Assembly: GCA_977017645.1 (NCBI GenBank)
Contig: OZ360252.1
Coordinates: 17,422,001 to 17,486,000, forward strand
DNA length: 64,000 nucleotides
Direction: 5' to 3'
Source: Torpedo marmorata
Lineage: Eukaryota
The notes under the pieces were generated by a model that saw nothing but the letters and a program-made list of their open reading frames with translations, was not told where the DNA came from and did no database searches. The position numbers were made by a program, and so were the translations under genes. Within the stretch, counting starts at the first letter, position 1; each line of letters opens with the position of its first letter. Positions 27,180 through 39,949 of the stretch are shown in pieces.

Positions 27180-27550
27180 CCAATTGATAAGATGAGGAGA
27201 GACATTGACCGTGTGGATGGTCAGAGACATATTCGCAGGGGTGAAATGGCCAATAAGAGATGGCACAAATTAAAGCTTGGGATAAGTCCAGGGGGGATTC
27301 AAGAGGTAGGTTTAATCACGCAGAATCTTCTGGGTGCATTGAATGCGCAATCGGCAAAGGTGCGGGAGGGACGTTCAATAAGATATTTTAGGAAACTATT
27401 AGATAGGTCCATGGAACGGTGAAAAATTAAGGGTGATGCAGTCGGAACATTCTCCGCAGCTATTAGATTAGGTTATTAAGTCGGCACAGCATTGTTAGTT
27501 GAGGTGCTTGTACTGTGCTGTAGATTTATATGATCTATTTTCTATGATAG
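27180..27550 (+). mobile_element. CR1 3' fragment
   Basis: gatgaggagagacattgaccgtgtggat...tgtactgtgctgtagatttatatgatctat tail. Confidence 0.65.
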
Positions 27551-27629
27551 AAATCTTCAAAAAAGAGAAAAACAACATCTAAAAACGCAACTAATTAGGC
27601 AGCACTTGAGGAAGGAGACACGAAAAAAT

Positions 27630-28393
27630 TAGTGGCGCTGCCAGAGCTGCTGTAACGGCAGCGCTGGCGCTGGTGCGGAGCCACGGAGAGTGGTAGCGGA
27701 GATACAGCGTTCCCTGTGGGGTCCAACCGCCCAGTCTGAATATTCCGCTCCGTACAAGCTTTAAACGGCCTGTAAATGGAGCCGACGGTGGTTTTATTTG
27801 AACATCCCGCGACCGCGGGGTCTGGCCCAAGATGACGGCGCCTGTGTTCGGCAGCAGCCACGAGGGGTTGCAGTCTCCAGGGAAGCGGACACAAGAAAAC
27901 GGGGAGACCAACCCACATTTGAGAAGATGAAGCAGAGGAGACAACCCATGGGACGATGACCACGGCAGCAAACCAGTGAGGAGTTCTGAAGCTGAAGAAC
28001 ACACACGCGGCGGGCTGTTGATGACTCGGGGCGAGGGACATATGCAGGCTGCGGGCTGCTGGTGACTGCGGTCGAGGGATTCACACCAGGCTGCGGACTG
28101 CTGCAGACTGGCTCGAGACTGGCTGAAGGGGTACCAGGTATCGGAAACGGTATGCGAGAGGGTGACGAGGGCGCTGAAGGTTTCTTGATCGGTCGGACGT
28201 TCCGATCTGGAGCTCGGGCTGCGGATGGTTTGGACTGGACTCTGTGGCTGCGGGAGCGCTGGAAGAGAATCCACGGACACTCGGTGATCTGGGGAGACTC
28301 TTTTGCTTCTCTTTCTCTGAATGTAAAAGGCAGTCTAAAGCAAATTGTATGTAATATTGCACGGTTTTATAACATGGCATAAAGGAATCTTGA
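27630..28393 (+). mobile_element. GC-rich non-autonomous retroelement with GAATCTT-type tail (copy 1)
   Basis: Collinear with 40355-41123; no coding capacity; ends ...cataaaggaatcttga. Confidence 0.7.
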
Positions 28394-29707
28394 CGTATCT
28401 TTCGTTCTGTTTTTATTAACACAAATGCTGCCCATTCTGTTTAATATTCACTCTGCTTCTCCGTCCTCAGATGCCGCTGTCCTGACGAGGGTTTCACTCA
28501 AAAGTCTATCCAACGTTTTGCGTTTCAGGTGAAGTTTATGAAAGACACAAAGAATCCAGCCACCATTTGTCACTAAATTGACAGAAAACCTTCCCCCTGA
28601 ATGCAGCACGTGGAAAGACATTTGGAGCAAAGCTTCAAAACAACTCTTTTCCGCACAAACACGGGAAAGTGCATTTAGATTTTTAAAAATTGTCGCTTTT
28701 CTCCGGGCACAATAAAGGGACACTGAACATTTAATATGAATCATAATGTCACACGTTTGAGGAAAATTGATTACAAATTAAACTCCGCCATTCTTTGGAA
28801 ATTTCAGTTCCACCATCCTCCCAGATGTGTGTTTAAGATTAATAACGAATTAATGTGAATGTTAAGTGTTCATTCTCAATCAGGGTCATATTTAATGATG
28901 AAATATATAAATCCTTCCCAATAACATGATAGTAAATACAGTTTTTGAACTCCTTCATTTCACTGCATTGCACGGTGTGTAGAAAGAGATGTGACCGATA
29001 ATCATCAGCGTCAGGAATGTGTTCGCCGATTCAGTCAGCAGCAGCTGCAGGTTCGGCTCTCTTCTCACACGCTGAGTTTACACACTCCGGCCTCTGAATA
29101 TACTCTTTCCCAGCAATGACTGCCCCTCTATTACTTATGAACCAAGGCTATTAATCTTATTCAAAGATGAGCTCACAAGACCCGCGGGGTTAATGTGCAC
29201 GCGATTTGAAACGACGGACTATATCAGCGTCACGTCTGCAAAATTCCACTCTTCCCAGAAATATTGACGGGAAATTACAATATCACTATCAATGTAAAGC
29301 AATCCAAATATTTATACTGTCGCCGGCTGAAATGAACACGCGTATAATAACAAACACAACAGTATGGACTGCAAAATAAGCAATACATTTCACTGTCCAT
29401 TCTCGGTGTCAGGAATTTGAATTAGCTTAACCTTCTCATTCTTTCTGCCCTTGTGCTCTAAATATAAGACAACTTAAAGCAACAATTGGATGGGTGAAAA
29501 ATTCACCGCTGGAGGATATATTTACCGTGTTAATATACTGAAGAAATTTCACCACAATGAAAACATTCAGAGACAAAAAAAACCGTTTGCTTCCTCTGCT
29601 CCTCAATGTTCAGTAATTCAATAGTCGATTTAAGCGAATCTAAATTTTAATTATGATCATCATTGCAAATATAAACCAGATTCTACCAATATTCTTAATA
29701 AACTCAC

Positions 29708-29753
29708 AGTTCCAGATGAGCACTATCATCAGTACCAAGAGGGACCGCAGCAT
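29708..29753 (-). CDS. SRCR gene A, exon 1 (signal peptide)
   Basis: agaATG...AACT|gtgagt; MLRSLLVLMIVLIWN, a hydrophobic leader; 46 nt, phase 1. Confidence 0.75.
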
Positions 29754-30059
29754 TCTCCCGGTGGGCAGTTATAGTGACGGTTAGAACACTGATCACTGAA
29801 GCAGTCTCTCCAAGACTTCTGACATTCAAGTTCATCTGAGACTTAATTCTTTGATACCTGCCTTACCTCAATCTCATGTCTTACTCTAACAAATAACCAA
29901 TAACCTTTGACTGAAATGAGGCGTGAATTGCAGTCTGCTTGAATGAACCAATGAGAAACAACCTGCCCATTAATGGAGATAACAGGGTCATCTTTATTCT
30001 TCTCCTTTTCCTGAGAAACAAATAACTCTAGTGAGTCTGAACAGAGAAACGGACCGAAA

Positions 30060-31420
30060 ACCTGCATCCAAGAAGCACACAGTCATCGAAGCCTACCCGT
30101 AGTTGCGAAGATTAATTGTTCCATCGCAAAGAGTGTATTCCAGGTTGTCTGGGTATTTTGTGACCCCATTTCCCCGTATTACCTCCCGCCCTTACCTCTT
30201 GCACTTAATAGCAAAGAATCCCCATCTCCCTGTTCTCCTCAGCCTCTTTCCAACCTCTCACAGTTCTGAACGTCGCACGTTGTTACAGATTCAAGGGGTT
30301 TAAAGAAGAAAACAGCAAAACTCTCTCGTCTTTGCTTATCCATCTGAATATCTCGATGGCCCATCCATTACCTACTGGCTTGACCATACAGCGTGGCGAA
30401 TAAAAATAGATGTCATGTCCCAGGATAAACACAAATACTTTCACAAAGTTTCTCATTCTTTCAAGATGGACGGATAAATTCCAGCGCCAGTGATCCTTCC
30501 CATTTGTGATAAAATATAAATAATTTCCAGATGGTGTACTTTCTCTCCCCCCCCCCCACGCCTTTTATTTTACCGGCATTGCTATTCCGAACCTGCGCAA
30601 TGTATTTACTTCATTTACATTCTCCCTGCCTCAATACAGGAACGTGCCGAGAAGCTCAGCAGGTCACCCTGCATCCATAGGAACCAAAGTGTAACCAACC
30701 TTTCCGCACTCGGCGCTTCGTCAAGAATGATGATGGATTGCTGTAGATGCTGCGTGACCATCCGAGTTTCTCCTGCATATTTATGTCTTGCACTTGACTG
30801 CAGGATCTGCAGATATTATTTTTGTTTAATTCTGTCAGGCTCACCCTCTCGCTGTCACCCCCGTTTAGAATTTTGCATGTGCTCAAATTCACTTTTTTCT
30901 TCATTCTTCCTCCTCGTTTTGAGTGAGTGATATGGATGAGGATACGGGCCAAGCGCGGTCAGGAGGTATGTTTTGGTCGGCATACTCAAGTTGGGCTGAA
31001 GCGCCTGTTTCCACGCAGTCTGCCACTATTGTCACTTTGACTCGGAGAAAATATTGCAAAATTTCCTGCATTGCTGGTAACTGTATCCGGCTGCCAGGAT
31101 GCAAATTGTCTCCAGAGTGAATGAAGAGTTCAGTGGTTAGACATGCATGGTACATACAGGTGCTGCTCCTTTTTGCATGCCGTCTATATTTCCTCTTTCT
31201 CCATCTTTGAGTTCTGGTCATGGCACGTGGCCCACACCATGTTGCCAAGATTACTTCCTTTCTCTTTCTGTTTTTTTCCTCTCCACCATGGTTAACAGGC
31301 TTCCCGACTGTACCTGCACCATTTCCCCATGCTTGGATAAGTCCGGAAGATGCAATTATTTCACTGGAAGCTGTTTGACCCTCACTTTCTACAAATAAAT
31401 TAGGGCTGTGCCCTGCCTAG
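30060..31420 (-). pseudogene. DHX8: Highly decayed, internally deleted retrocopy of the DEAH-box helicase DHX8/PRP22
   Basis: Collinear remnants compared with DHX8 from memory: LIQA(LIQT), KTERER(KTEKEK), DGERGNID(YGERNLD), VTS-MQ(VTSIMQ), KVTIVADCV(RVANVADVV), PDR, QREGEPD(QREAEMD), GET..VTQHL(GET..ITQYL), IIILDEA..ER(IIMLDEAHER), GDLL.F, GIY..FVK, RTG, FLDA(FMDA); stops and frameshifts throughout. Confidence 0.6.
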
Positions 31421-33258
31421 TCACTGTGTCAACGACACTCTCTAATTGGCTAATTGCTTTAAAATCAATTCAAAGGGAGATGGGGAGAATTTAACTGAAA
31501 ATTATTCCAATGTGCGAATAGAAAAAATTAACATGAAGTACATCTGGAATGGTGGAAACACACATCAGGCCAGGAAGTACTTGGTGAGTAAGAAGTGTTG
31601 AGTCTTTGCCTTTGACGTTCTGCCTCCGCCAAGAAATGTGATCACTGTGAGTGAATACGAGCTCGTGCTGAGGTAAGTGAAAGGGTAACGGGAGCAGAGA
31701 ACATAAGTTAAGGAATGTTCATAGAAGGACAGATTGTGTCAGCTATGGAATGGATAGATGAACCATTCTCTGAATATGGGAGCTGTGTTTAGAAGCTAAA
31801 AGTTATGAATTCACGGTTGCATCACACAACATGTGAGCAACCGTCAGGAAAATAAATGAGAATGATTCGCAGATTATATTGATTTTCTTGGAACAGTATA
31901 GCCTCTCAGGTAAAGAGGGAATGAAATGAGAATGAATGGGGTATGTTCTGCAGCTGAACAATATTTGCAAAGAAAAGAAGAGTAGTCATGAAGTTTTGAG
32001 AAGGGAAATGTAAGAAGGTACAAACATTTCTGGGAAATATCTCAGCCTGTTTTTAAGCCATAGTCAACGATAACTCTTCTAAATATAATATCCGTTTCTC
32101 CAGTCTAATCAGCTCCACTCTTCACCTTCCCCCTTTCCAGTCTGATTCTATTCCAATTTTCAGAATAGCAATGGTTTTATTTTCTCCACACGATGCCAGT
32201 AGCCTCAATGAAATCTCTGGATGCTTTTCCCACAGCAATTATCAACACAAATTTCAAGTGATGCCACACCTCCTCTAACCACAAATTCCATTGCATCAAT
32301 GATACTTTAACGGAAACAGAATTGTTGTATTAATTTCATGTAAAAATTAAAACTATAATTCAATGTCAGTATTACAAGGAGCTAGGTTATAGTAATTAGT
32401 TGAGCACATAGAGTATTTATAAGGAATCAAAAGCCGATTTATAGCTTCAGTGGTTAACTCAATAAATCTAATCACCTTGGGAATGCCGAATAATGTTCAA
32501 TCCTTGCACAGTGGATACATTTAGAAAGAGAACACCCAATCATGAAGTTAACGTTAAATTTAAATGGAATAATCTATAAGACACACGATTCATCATTTGC
32601 TTTTTCGGAATTCCAAATTATAGAAGAGTGAGATAGAACAGTTAAGGTTTACAATAATGGTACACATGTTGTAGTAATAGAGAGATTGGAGACTCTGTCC
32701 TCTTGAGGCAGACTCAGAAATTAATTTTAAAATAATTTTTCATACCTACCTCATTAATATTCACTCATAACTCTTTTGTTGGTGTGTTGTTTATTTCATT
32801 AACTCCTCATTCGTCCTCAAGATGCCATGGTCCGAGTATTATTGTGACCACACAGACACTGCTATCAGACACGATTTCATTTTGGATAATATTGCTGCAT
32901 TTACCTATTTTGACTGAGCTCTTTGTCCATTGTCAGATGTTACAGTATACACGGGTTTATTCTGTTCTCACTGTTACAGACATTCTGTATTTTGCCACCG
33001 TGGTGGATTTTGTCTGAACATGCACACTCAGAATTGCTTGGAAATAACAATCCACGTCTTTCCACAGATTTTAAGAAAGGTGTTGGAATCACGCACACTC
33101 TTGTAGAAATCATACTTGTTCAACATCAATGAACTGTAACTTGTCTTCTATTCAAGCAACTGGAGAGGTTCTTCAGAAATGGTGATCGTTGTGCATTGTG
33201 CCTAATATTTTAAAAATTGCATGTATAAAGTACCGGATGCAATGTTTTGTGGCACATA

Positions 33259-34896
33259 CATTGGCCTCCATAATGTTTGTGACAAAGTCAAAATTTTCTC
33301 CTCTATTTGCCCCTGTGCTCCACTGTTTTAAATTTTTAATCAAACAATTCACATGTGATTAAAATGCACTTTCCAGATTTTAATAAAGGTTATTTGTATA
33401 CATTTTGGTTTGAGCATGTCGAAATTGCAGCAATTTCTATACATAGTTCCCCATTTCAGGGCACAATAATGTTTGGGATATTTGGCTTCACAAGTGTTTG
33501 TGGGTACTTAGGTATGATGAATTGATTCATTGGTATAGGTATAAGGGAGCTATGTTTGCTTCTAAGCTTTTCATAACCTTTGGAGTCTGTAGTTGCCATT
33601 TTCAAAATGAGGACCAGAGTTATGTCAATGAAAGTCAAAGAAGCCATTATGAAACTGAAAAGTAAATATAAAACGATATGGGATATCGTCCAAAGATTAG
33701 GATTACAAAAATCATCTGTTGGAACATCATTAATAAGAAAGAGCGTCCTGGCGGTTTAGTACTCGCAAAGAGACGTGGAGGGGCGGGGGGGGGGGGTGGT
33801 GGCAAGGAAGACCTCCACTGCTGATGACAGACGAATTCTCATTAAAATGATGGAAAATCTCCAAACGTATGTCCGACACACTTCAGGAGGCAGGTGTGGA
33901 TGTGTAAATGACTACTGTCCGCAGAAGGCTTCATGAAGAGGAATACGGAGGCCAAACTGCAAGATACAAGTCACTAATAGCCACAGAATCAGGATTTCCA
34001 GATTACAGTTTACCAAGAGTATTTAAAAGAGCACGAAGTATATTCTGTAAAAAGGTCTTCTGAACAGAGGAGACCAAGATTAACTGTTTCAGAGTGATGG
34101 CAAGTGCAAACTGTGGAGGCGTAAAGGAACTGCCCAATATCCAAAGCATAACACCTCATCTGTGAAAAATGGTGATGGGGGTGTTATGGCCTGGGCAATT
34201 ATGGCTGCCACAAGTACTGGCGCACTTACCTTCATTGATCATGTAACTGCTGATTGCAGTATCAAAATCAATTCTGAGGTGTTTCAAACATCTTATCTGC
34301 TCAGGTTCGAGTAAATGCCTCCAAACTCATTGGACAGTCATACAGCAATGCAATGATCCCAAACATATTGGTAAAGCAACAAAGGCGTTTTTCAAAGCAA
34401 AGAACTGGTAAATTCCTACATGGCCAAATCAGTCATTAATCTCAACACAATTGAGCATGCTTTCCCGATGCTGAAGAGAAAACATCAGGGACAACCCTCG
34501 AAACAAGTAGGGGCTGAAGATGGCTACAGTAGAGGCCTGGCAGAGCATCACCAGAGAAGATACAGAGCACCTGGTGATGTCTCTGAATCACAGACTTCAA
34601 GCAGTCATTGCATGCAAGGGATGTGCAACAAGGTACTAAACATAACTACATTAACATACATAATATTGCTATGTCCCAAATGTTATCGTGCCCTGCAATG
34701 AGGGGTCTATGAATACAAAGTGCTGTAATTTCGACATAGTCAAACCAAATTGTAAATAAATACTCTTACATAAATTCCGGAATATGCACTTTAATCACAT
34801 GTGAATTGTCTGATTACAGATTTAAAATTGTGGAGCACAGTGGCAAATAATCAAATTAAAATTGTGTCTTTCTCCCAAACATTATGGAGTGCACTT
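33259..34896 (+). mobile_element. Full-length decayed Tc1-family DNA transposon (1.64 kb)
   Basis: ~220-bp TIRs, TA on both sides (33257-33258, 34897-34898); broken transposase from ATG 33607 with ETKI, GGVMAW, NDPKH, WPNQS..LNTIEH. Confidence 0.92.
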
Positions 34897-35189
34897 TAAA
34901 AGTCTCAGCAAAAGTTGTTTTGCAGTTGATCTGACAGGAAACACCTGACATTGTGGTATGAGCTGTTTATCTCTTTAATTTAGGTTCTCCCCTGAAACAG
35001 TGATATTTTGATATATTTTTCATTGCATGCTGGTCTCTGAATCAGAAGGTTAATGGTCCATGTTCTACTCCTGCAGTTTAATCCAAAATGCCAATGTAGG
35101 AATTTCCAGTGCAGTGCTGAAGGATATAAAGGATGTAAATGACAGGATGCTTCAAATGAGATGCTTTTCACAATTTTACATACTTCTAT

Positions 35190-35470
35190 TTGTTCACTTC
35201 TGATGCTCCAGAAAGAATAATAAATATATGCCCAACATCTTCTCACAGCTAATACTGGATAAAATAGACAACATCCCGCCGAACCTCTCGTGTGTCTTTT
35301 CCACTGCCTGCACATCCTTATTCCAATGAGTGAACCAGAAATGCTTGCAATACTCCCAATGCGACCGAACCACACTTTCCCACAGCTGCAACATGAATTG
35401 CCGACATTTATACTCAAAGGCTCCACTGATGTAGGAAGGTTTGGCACTCCATTCTATGACCACATTATCC
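35190..35470 (-). mobile_element. CR1 3' fragment
   Basis: VRSHWEYCKHFW..KDVQAVEK, a degenerate CR1 signature. Confidence 0.7.
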
Positions 35471-35993
35471 ACACGTATTGCCTTTAAAACCACACTTTCC
35501 ACTCAAAGACTAAGTAATAAAACATGAGCACTGCAGTCCCAAAAATAGGAACTGCTTGTGTTCATGTACTGACCAGGCGAGTATATTAATGGTAAATCTC
35601 TCAAAATAAAGGAGGATGTTTTATGAAACCGATTACCCTTGCTTAACATACAATGCCGCGCATGTACTTAAAAAGAGCTTCTTTTTTTTCTAGAACCAGT
35701 CCTGCTTTTTTGTCAGTTTAGTTATTGATCTCTGGCAACGAGCAGCAACAAAAGTTTTGCGGTGACAGTAACGTTTAACCGGACAGAACAGCATAATGTG
35801 GGATAGCGTGCATATTACACAAGGATATTGAATACATGAAATCTAAATTTTGCTCGGATAAGAGCGGAATATACCTTAATATTAAATAATGGCCATTTGA
35901 TCTGTCACTCCCACAGAAACCATTAAGTGAAACAAATTTCAGATCAAATCAGATCAGAGACTATTTATTATCATTTAATACAACAGAAATGTA

Positions 35994-37170
35994 CAGTGCC
36001 CTCCATAATGTTAGGAACATAGACAATATTTTCCTTTATTTTCCCCTGTGCTCCACATTTTTTAATTTATAATCAAACCATTCACATCTGATTAAAGTGC
36101 ACATTCCTGATTTTATTAAAGGGTATTTGTGTACATTCTGGTTTGACTATTTATAAATTACAGCACTTTTTATGCAAAGACCCCTCATTTCTGGATACCA
36201 TAATATTTGGGACAGAGCAATGGTATGTATATTAAAGTAGTAATGTATAGTACTTTGTTGCATACAGTTTTTCTTGCATGCAATGACTGCTTGAAGTCTG
36301 TGATTCAAAGACATCAACAGGTACTGAGTAACCTCTCTGCTGATTTTCTGCCAGGCCTAGACTCAGCCATCTTCAGCTCCTGCTTGTTTAGGGGGTTTGT
36401 CCATTCAAGGATTCTGTTCAGCATCAGGAAGGCTTGCTCAATTATGTTTACATCAGTGGCTGACTTGGCCATTCAAGAAGTTTCCAGTTTTTAGTTTTGA
36501 AAATCTCCTTTGTTGCATTCACAATATGTTTGGGATCATTGTCTTGTTCTTGGATAAAGGGCCGACTAATGGGTTTGGAGGCATTTGTGTGAACCTGAGC
36601 CGATAAGATGTTTCTATGCACCTCAGAATTCACTTTGCTACTGCAACCAGCAGTTACACCATCAATGAAGATAAGTGCGTCAGTACCTGTGGCAGCCATA
36701 CATGCCCAGGCCATGACACGCTCGCCGCCATGTTTCACAGATAAGGCAGTATGCTTTGGATCTTGGCTGTTCTGTTATGCTTCCACACTTTGCTCGTGCG
36801 ATTACTCTGATAGAGGTTGGACTCATCTGACAACAAGACATTTTTCCAGAATTCTGCAGGCTCTTTTAAATACTCTTGGCAAATTATTAGGTGGCCATCC
36901 TGTATCTGTGGCTAACTGATGATTTGGATATTGCAGTGCAGCCTCCGTATCACTGCGGACAGTAGTTATTGACACATCCACACCTGCCTTCTGAAGAGTG
37001 TTTCTGATCTGTCGGACAGGCGTTTGGGCAGTTTTCTTACGATGAGAGTTCTTCTGTCATCAGCAGTGGAGGTCTTCCTTGGCCTACCAGTCGCGTTGTG
37101 ATTACTGAGCTGTGCACTTCTTAATGATGTTCCAATCTATTGTTTTCGATCATCCTAAGGTTTGGGGCAT
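35994..37170 (-). mobile_element. Second Tc1 copy, one end missing
   Basis: TA|CAGTGCCCTCCATAATG TIR; VKHGGERVMAWACMAA...QDNDPKH...LEWPSQ. Confidence 0.9.
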
Positions 37171-38174
37171 TACTTCATCAGGCTGCGAGGTAAAAAGAAA
37201 ATATTTCTTAGACGGATTTCAAGAAAACATTTGCAGATACAGTATGTTTAATGACGGATGCATTGACCTGATTATCCGTCTTGGTAACACAAATGGACGA
37301 AAATAATGCAGCATTGATTTGTTGAAATAGTTTGTATATCCTCGGAGCAGAGGGGCTGGGCAGGAACAATATAGGTTTCTACAACATTACCGATGGTAGA
37401 TCATAACAAGCCTGTTCTCCATAGCAAAGGTGTCTGAGAACAGTCAGTGTACCATGAACATGTAGTCCACGTTAATCACCTCGAGAAGCATTGCAACATG
37501 AAAGGCTTGGCCTGGGCAGAGTGAACGGCGAAGGTTACGTTGCCACAACACTTTACATGTATCTGATGGAGTACGTGAATTGCCAATGAGTGGTCGGCAA
37601 TGCGCCAAGTGCTGGTAAATGGGATAAGTTGAGATGTGTTCTTGATGGTCGACATTGACGTGTTGGGGGCATAGGACCTGCTTCTGGGTTGTAGCACCCC
37701 ATTACTAGATCATTGCTTTATCGGTGACTTTGAATTTATTTCAACATCTGACCATTGGGCGGTGAACATGGTTTTTTTCTCCAGTCCAGATGTTCACATT
37801 TGTGGTACTTTAGTATCCTTTCAGCGTTCATGCCAGGCTTTAAAATGGGAGGGCTTGAGGGGAGATTTAACCAAGCCAGTTTGCTACTTAATCTACTGGA
37901 CAAAGGGGGTTGGTAACAATAGAATGTAGAAGGAACGGAGAAGGCACTTTCCAGATTGAATTGGATCACATGAACACATACCAACACTCAACTCGGAAAG
38001 CGCTCGTTGCTCTCTACCGGAATAAGGATTCGGTCGGTCAAAGGAATTCCGTCATCTGCATTTATTACGCATAATTGTTCAGATTTGTATGGAATTTTAG
38101 CTTCTTTCAAATTCAAATCAAGGAAGTTATTATTTAATGCCATGTATCTTCAACAATGATAAATCATTCTCGAA

Positions 38175-38590
38175 ACCTCACATCTTCAGTGCCCCCCTCT
38201 GCCCTTCGACGCAACAAGGACAGGATTCCTCTTCTCCTCACCTAGCACCCGCCAATCTCCAACACCTACATCTAGATCCCTTCCCCAGTCACATTTCCCT
38301 CCTCTCTACGACTCCCGCAGGGATCTCTCCCTCCGGGACCCCTTCGTCCACGTATCCCTTCCCACTCATCGCAAACTCCAAGTTACCAACCCCTGGACAC
38401 GGAGGAAATGCTACACGTGAGTCCACACTTCGTCCGTAACCAACATTTGGGGCCCCAAACAGTCCTTCCAAGTGAAATAACATTTCACTAGTGAGTCGGC
38501 AGGGGTCACCGACTGCATCCGGTGCCCCCGTTGTGGACTCTTTCACATCACAGAGACTGGACGCAAATTAGGAGATTGTTTCGTCCAGAG
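38175..38590 (+). mobile_element. Penelope-like element fragment (GIY-YIG region)
   Basis: gggccccaaacagtccttccaagtg...tcacatcacagagactggacgcaaattaggaga (GPKQSFQV; YIGETGR-like). Confidence 0.75.
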
Positions 38591-38624
38591 GGCTTTAATA
38601 TTTACTTCTCCATTTTCCATTAGG

Positions 38625-39900
38625 TTCCATGAGACATACAGAACAGAAAGAGGCTGAACGTCCCAACGTATATCCACAAACCAGCAACACACAATAAGGT
38701 AATTAATCCTATTGTTGTTTCTCCATCATTCTCATCGACTCCACACATATTCTGCAACTCTACCACACAAAATAGAAAATTTATAGTGTCAGCTAACCTA
38801 CCATAATGCTAGTCGTTGGGACGTGGGGAGAAAGCTGGGCACCCAGAGCAAAAGCACAGGGCCACACGAAGAGCGTGCAAAATCCGCACAGATAGTAGCT
38901 GAGAGCAAGACTGAACCCTGGTCTCTAGGACATTAAAAACGCGACTCTACATGTTGACCAAAATTTTTTATCAGCGTCCTTTGTTTAGTTATTTGTTGAA
39001 TATTCGCTACTCATATTATGGACATAATGACTGTGAAAGGGCGTCTCGAGTGGATGTAATCACTCCCAATCAATATTCCCTTTGCCATTTTAGAGGCCTC
39101 AGTAACTATTGTAATGATTACCAAGATTAGCTTCTTTGTGGAAACTGATGCTAATTAGCGTCAAAATCCAACAGTTGGTGTCACCAGCCGGGAATCCACG
39201 TACTGTTCCATTGCTAGCAAGTTAAGGGCACATGTGATAGAACACAAAAGGGCGCTGTGAATGAGGTTGCTGAGAACGAGTTTTCCTTGTTGAAGATCAG
39301 TCGACTTGAGTGGTAGACCATTACATTGATCTTAAAAGAAGCAAAAACTAAGCAAAAATTATTAATTACCAAATAACTGCTGTTGAGGGACGTTCGACAT
39401 GCTAGTTTACTCAGTATACAGAAAGCAACAGGAACTTTCCCAGGCACAGTGTACTCCTCGTAGATATCTGTGTGATTCAATCCAGTCCACAGCGAGAACG
39501 GGCTTTTTGCCTTTTGTTCAGAAGCTGCCGTACTAATTTCTGTGTTGTTATTAACCACCCTGGGCGCACTAGATTTAAAGACCCGAAAGGTATGTTCAGC
39601 TCTACTCTCTGGCAACTCATGGGATGTGAATGTGCATATAAATGGGCTTGGAAATCCAGAACATCGTATGAGCATTCATGATCAATGATGCAGACGGACT
39701 ACATGGAAAGGTAGACGCCTGATGAAGTCTGTTCATTGCCTTTGGATAGTTTATATGTGTTGAAGATTTTGATCTAAGTTCAAAGTCACTGATAAGTACA
39801 TTGAGTTATTTACTATTGGACCACAGGAACAATCCCTTGGTGCCACGTGTCGAGGTCATCCATCAAGAACCAATCGTACTGGTCGCCATCATCTGCACGT
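38625..39900 (+). repeat. Segmental duplication copy 1 (direct; partner 49165-51610)
   Basis: Collinear non-TE sequence such as cactccca.tcaa.attccctttgcc, cagaaagcaacaggaactt.cccaggca and cacaggaacaatcccttggtgc. Confidence 0.8.
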
Positions 39901-39949
39901 GGTCTGATGTTAATATGCACCATCAAATTCGACATTTGATAGGGATTGA

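Noticed and set aside
27591-28422. Long overlapping ORFs (229, 148, 113 aa), and similar ones at 40413-41081
   Set aside because: Products of a GC-rich repeat; frames are not conserved between the two copies.
28450-28479. 30-nt ag/gt-bounded segment on the minus strand, overlapping a CTGACGA hammerhead-like word on the plus strand
   Set aside because: Joining to exon 1 gives T|GA stop; no GAAA core follows the CTGACGA.
29318-29326. 9-nt candidate microexon (tttcag|CCGGCGACA|gtataa) after the leader exon
   Set aside because: Weak donor; the 33-nt exon at 21441-21473 has stronger sites and completes the signal peptide.
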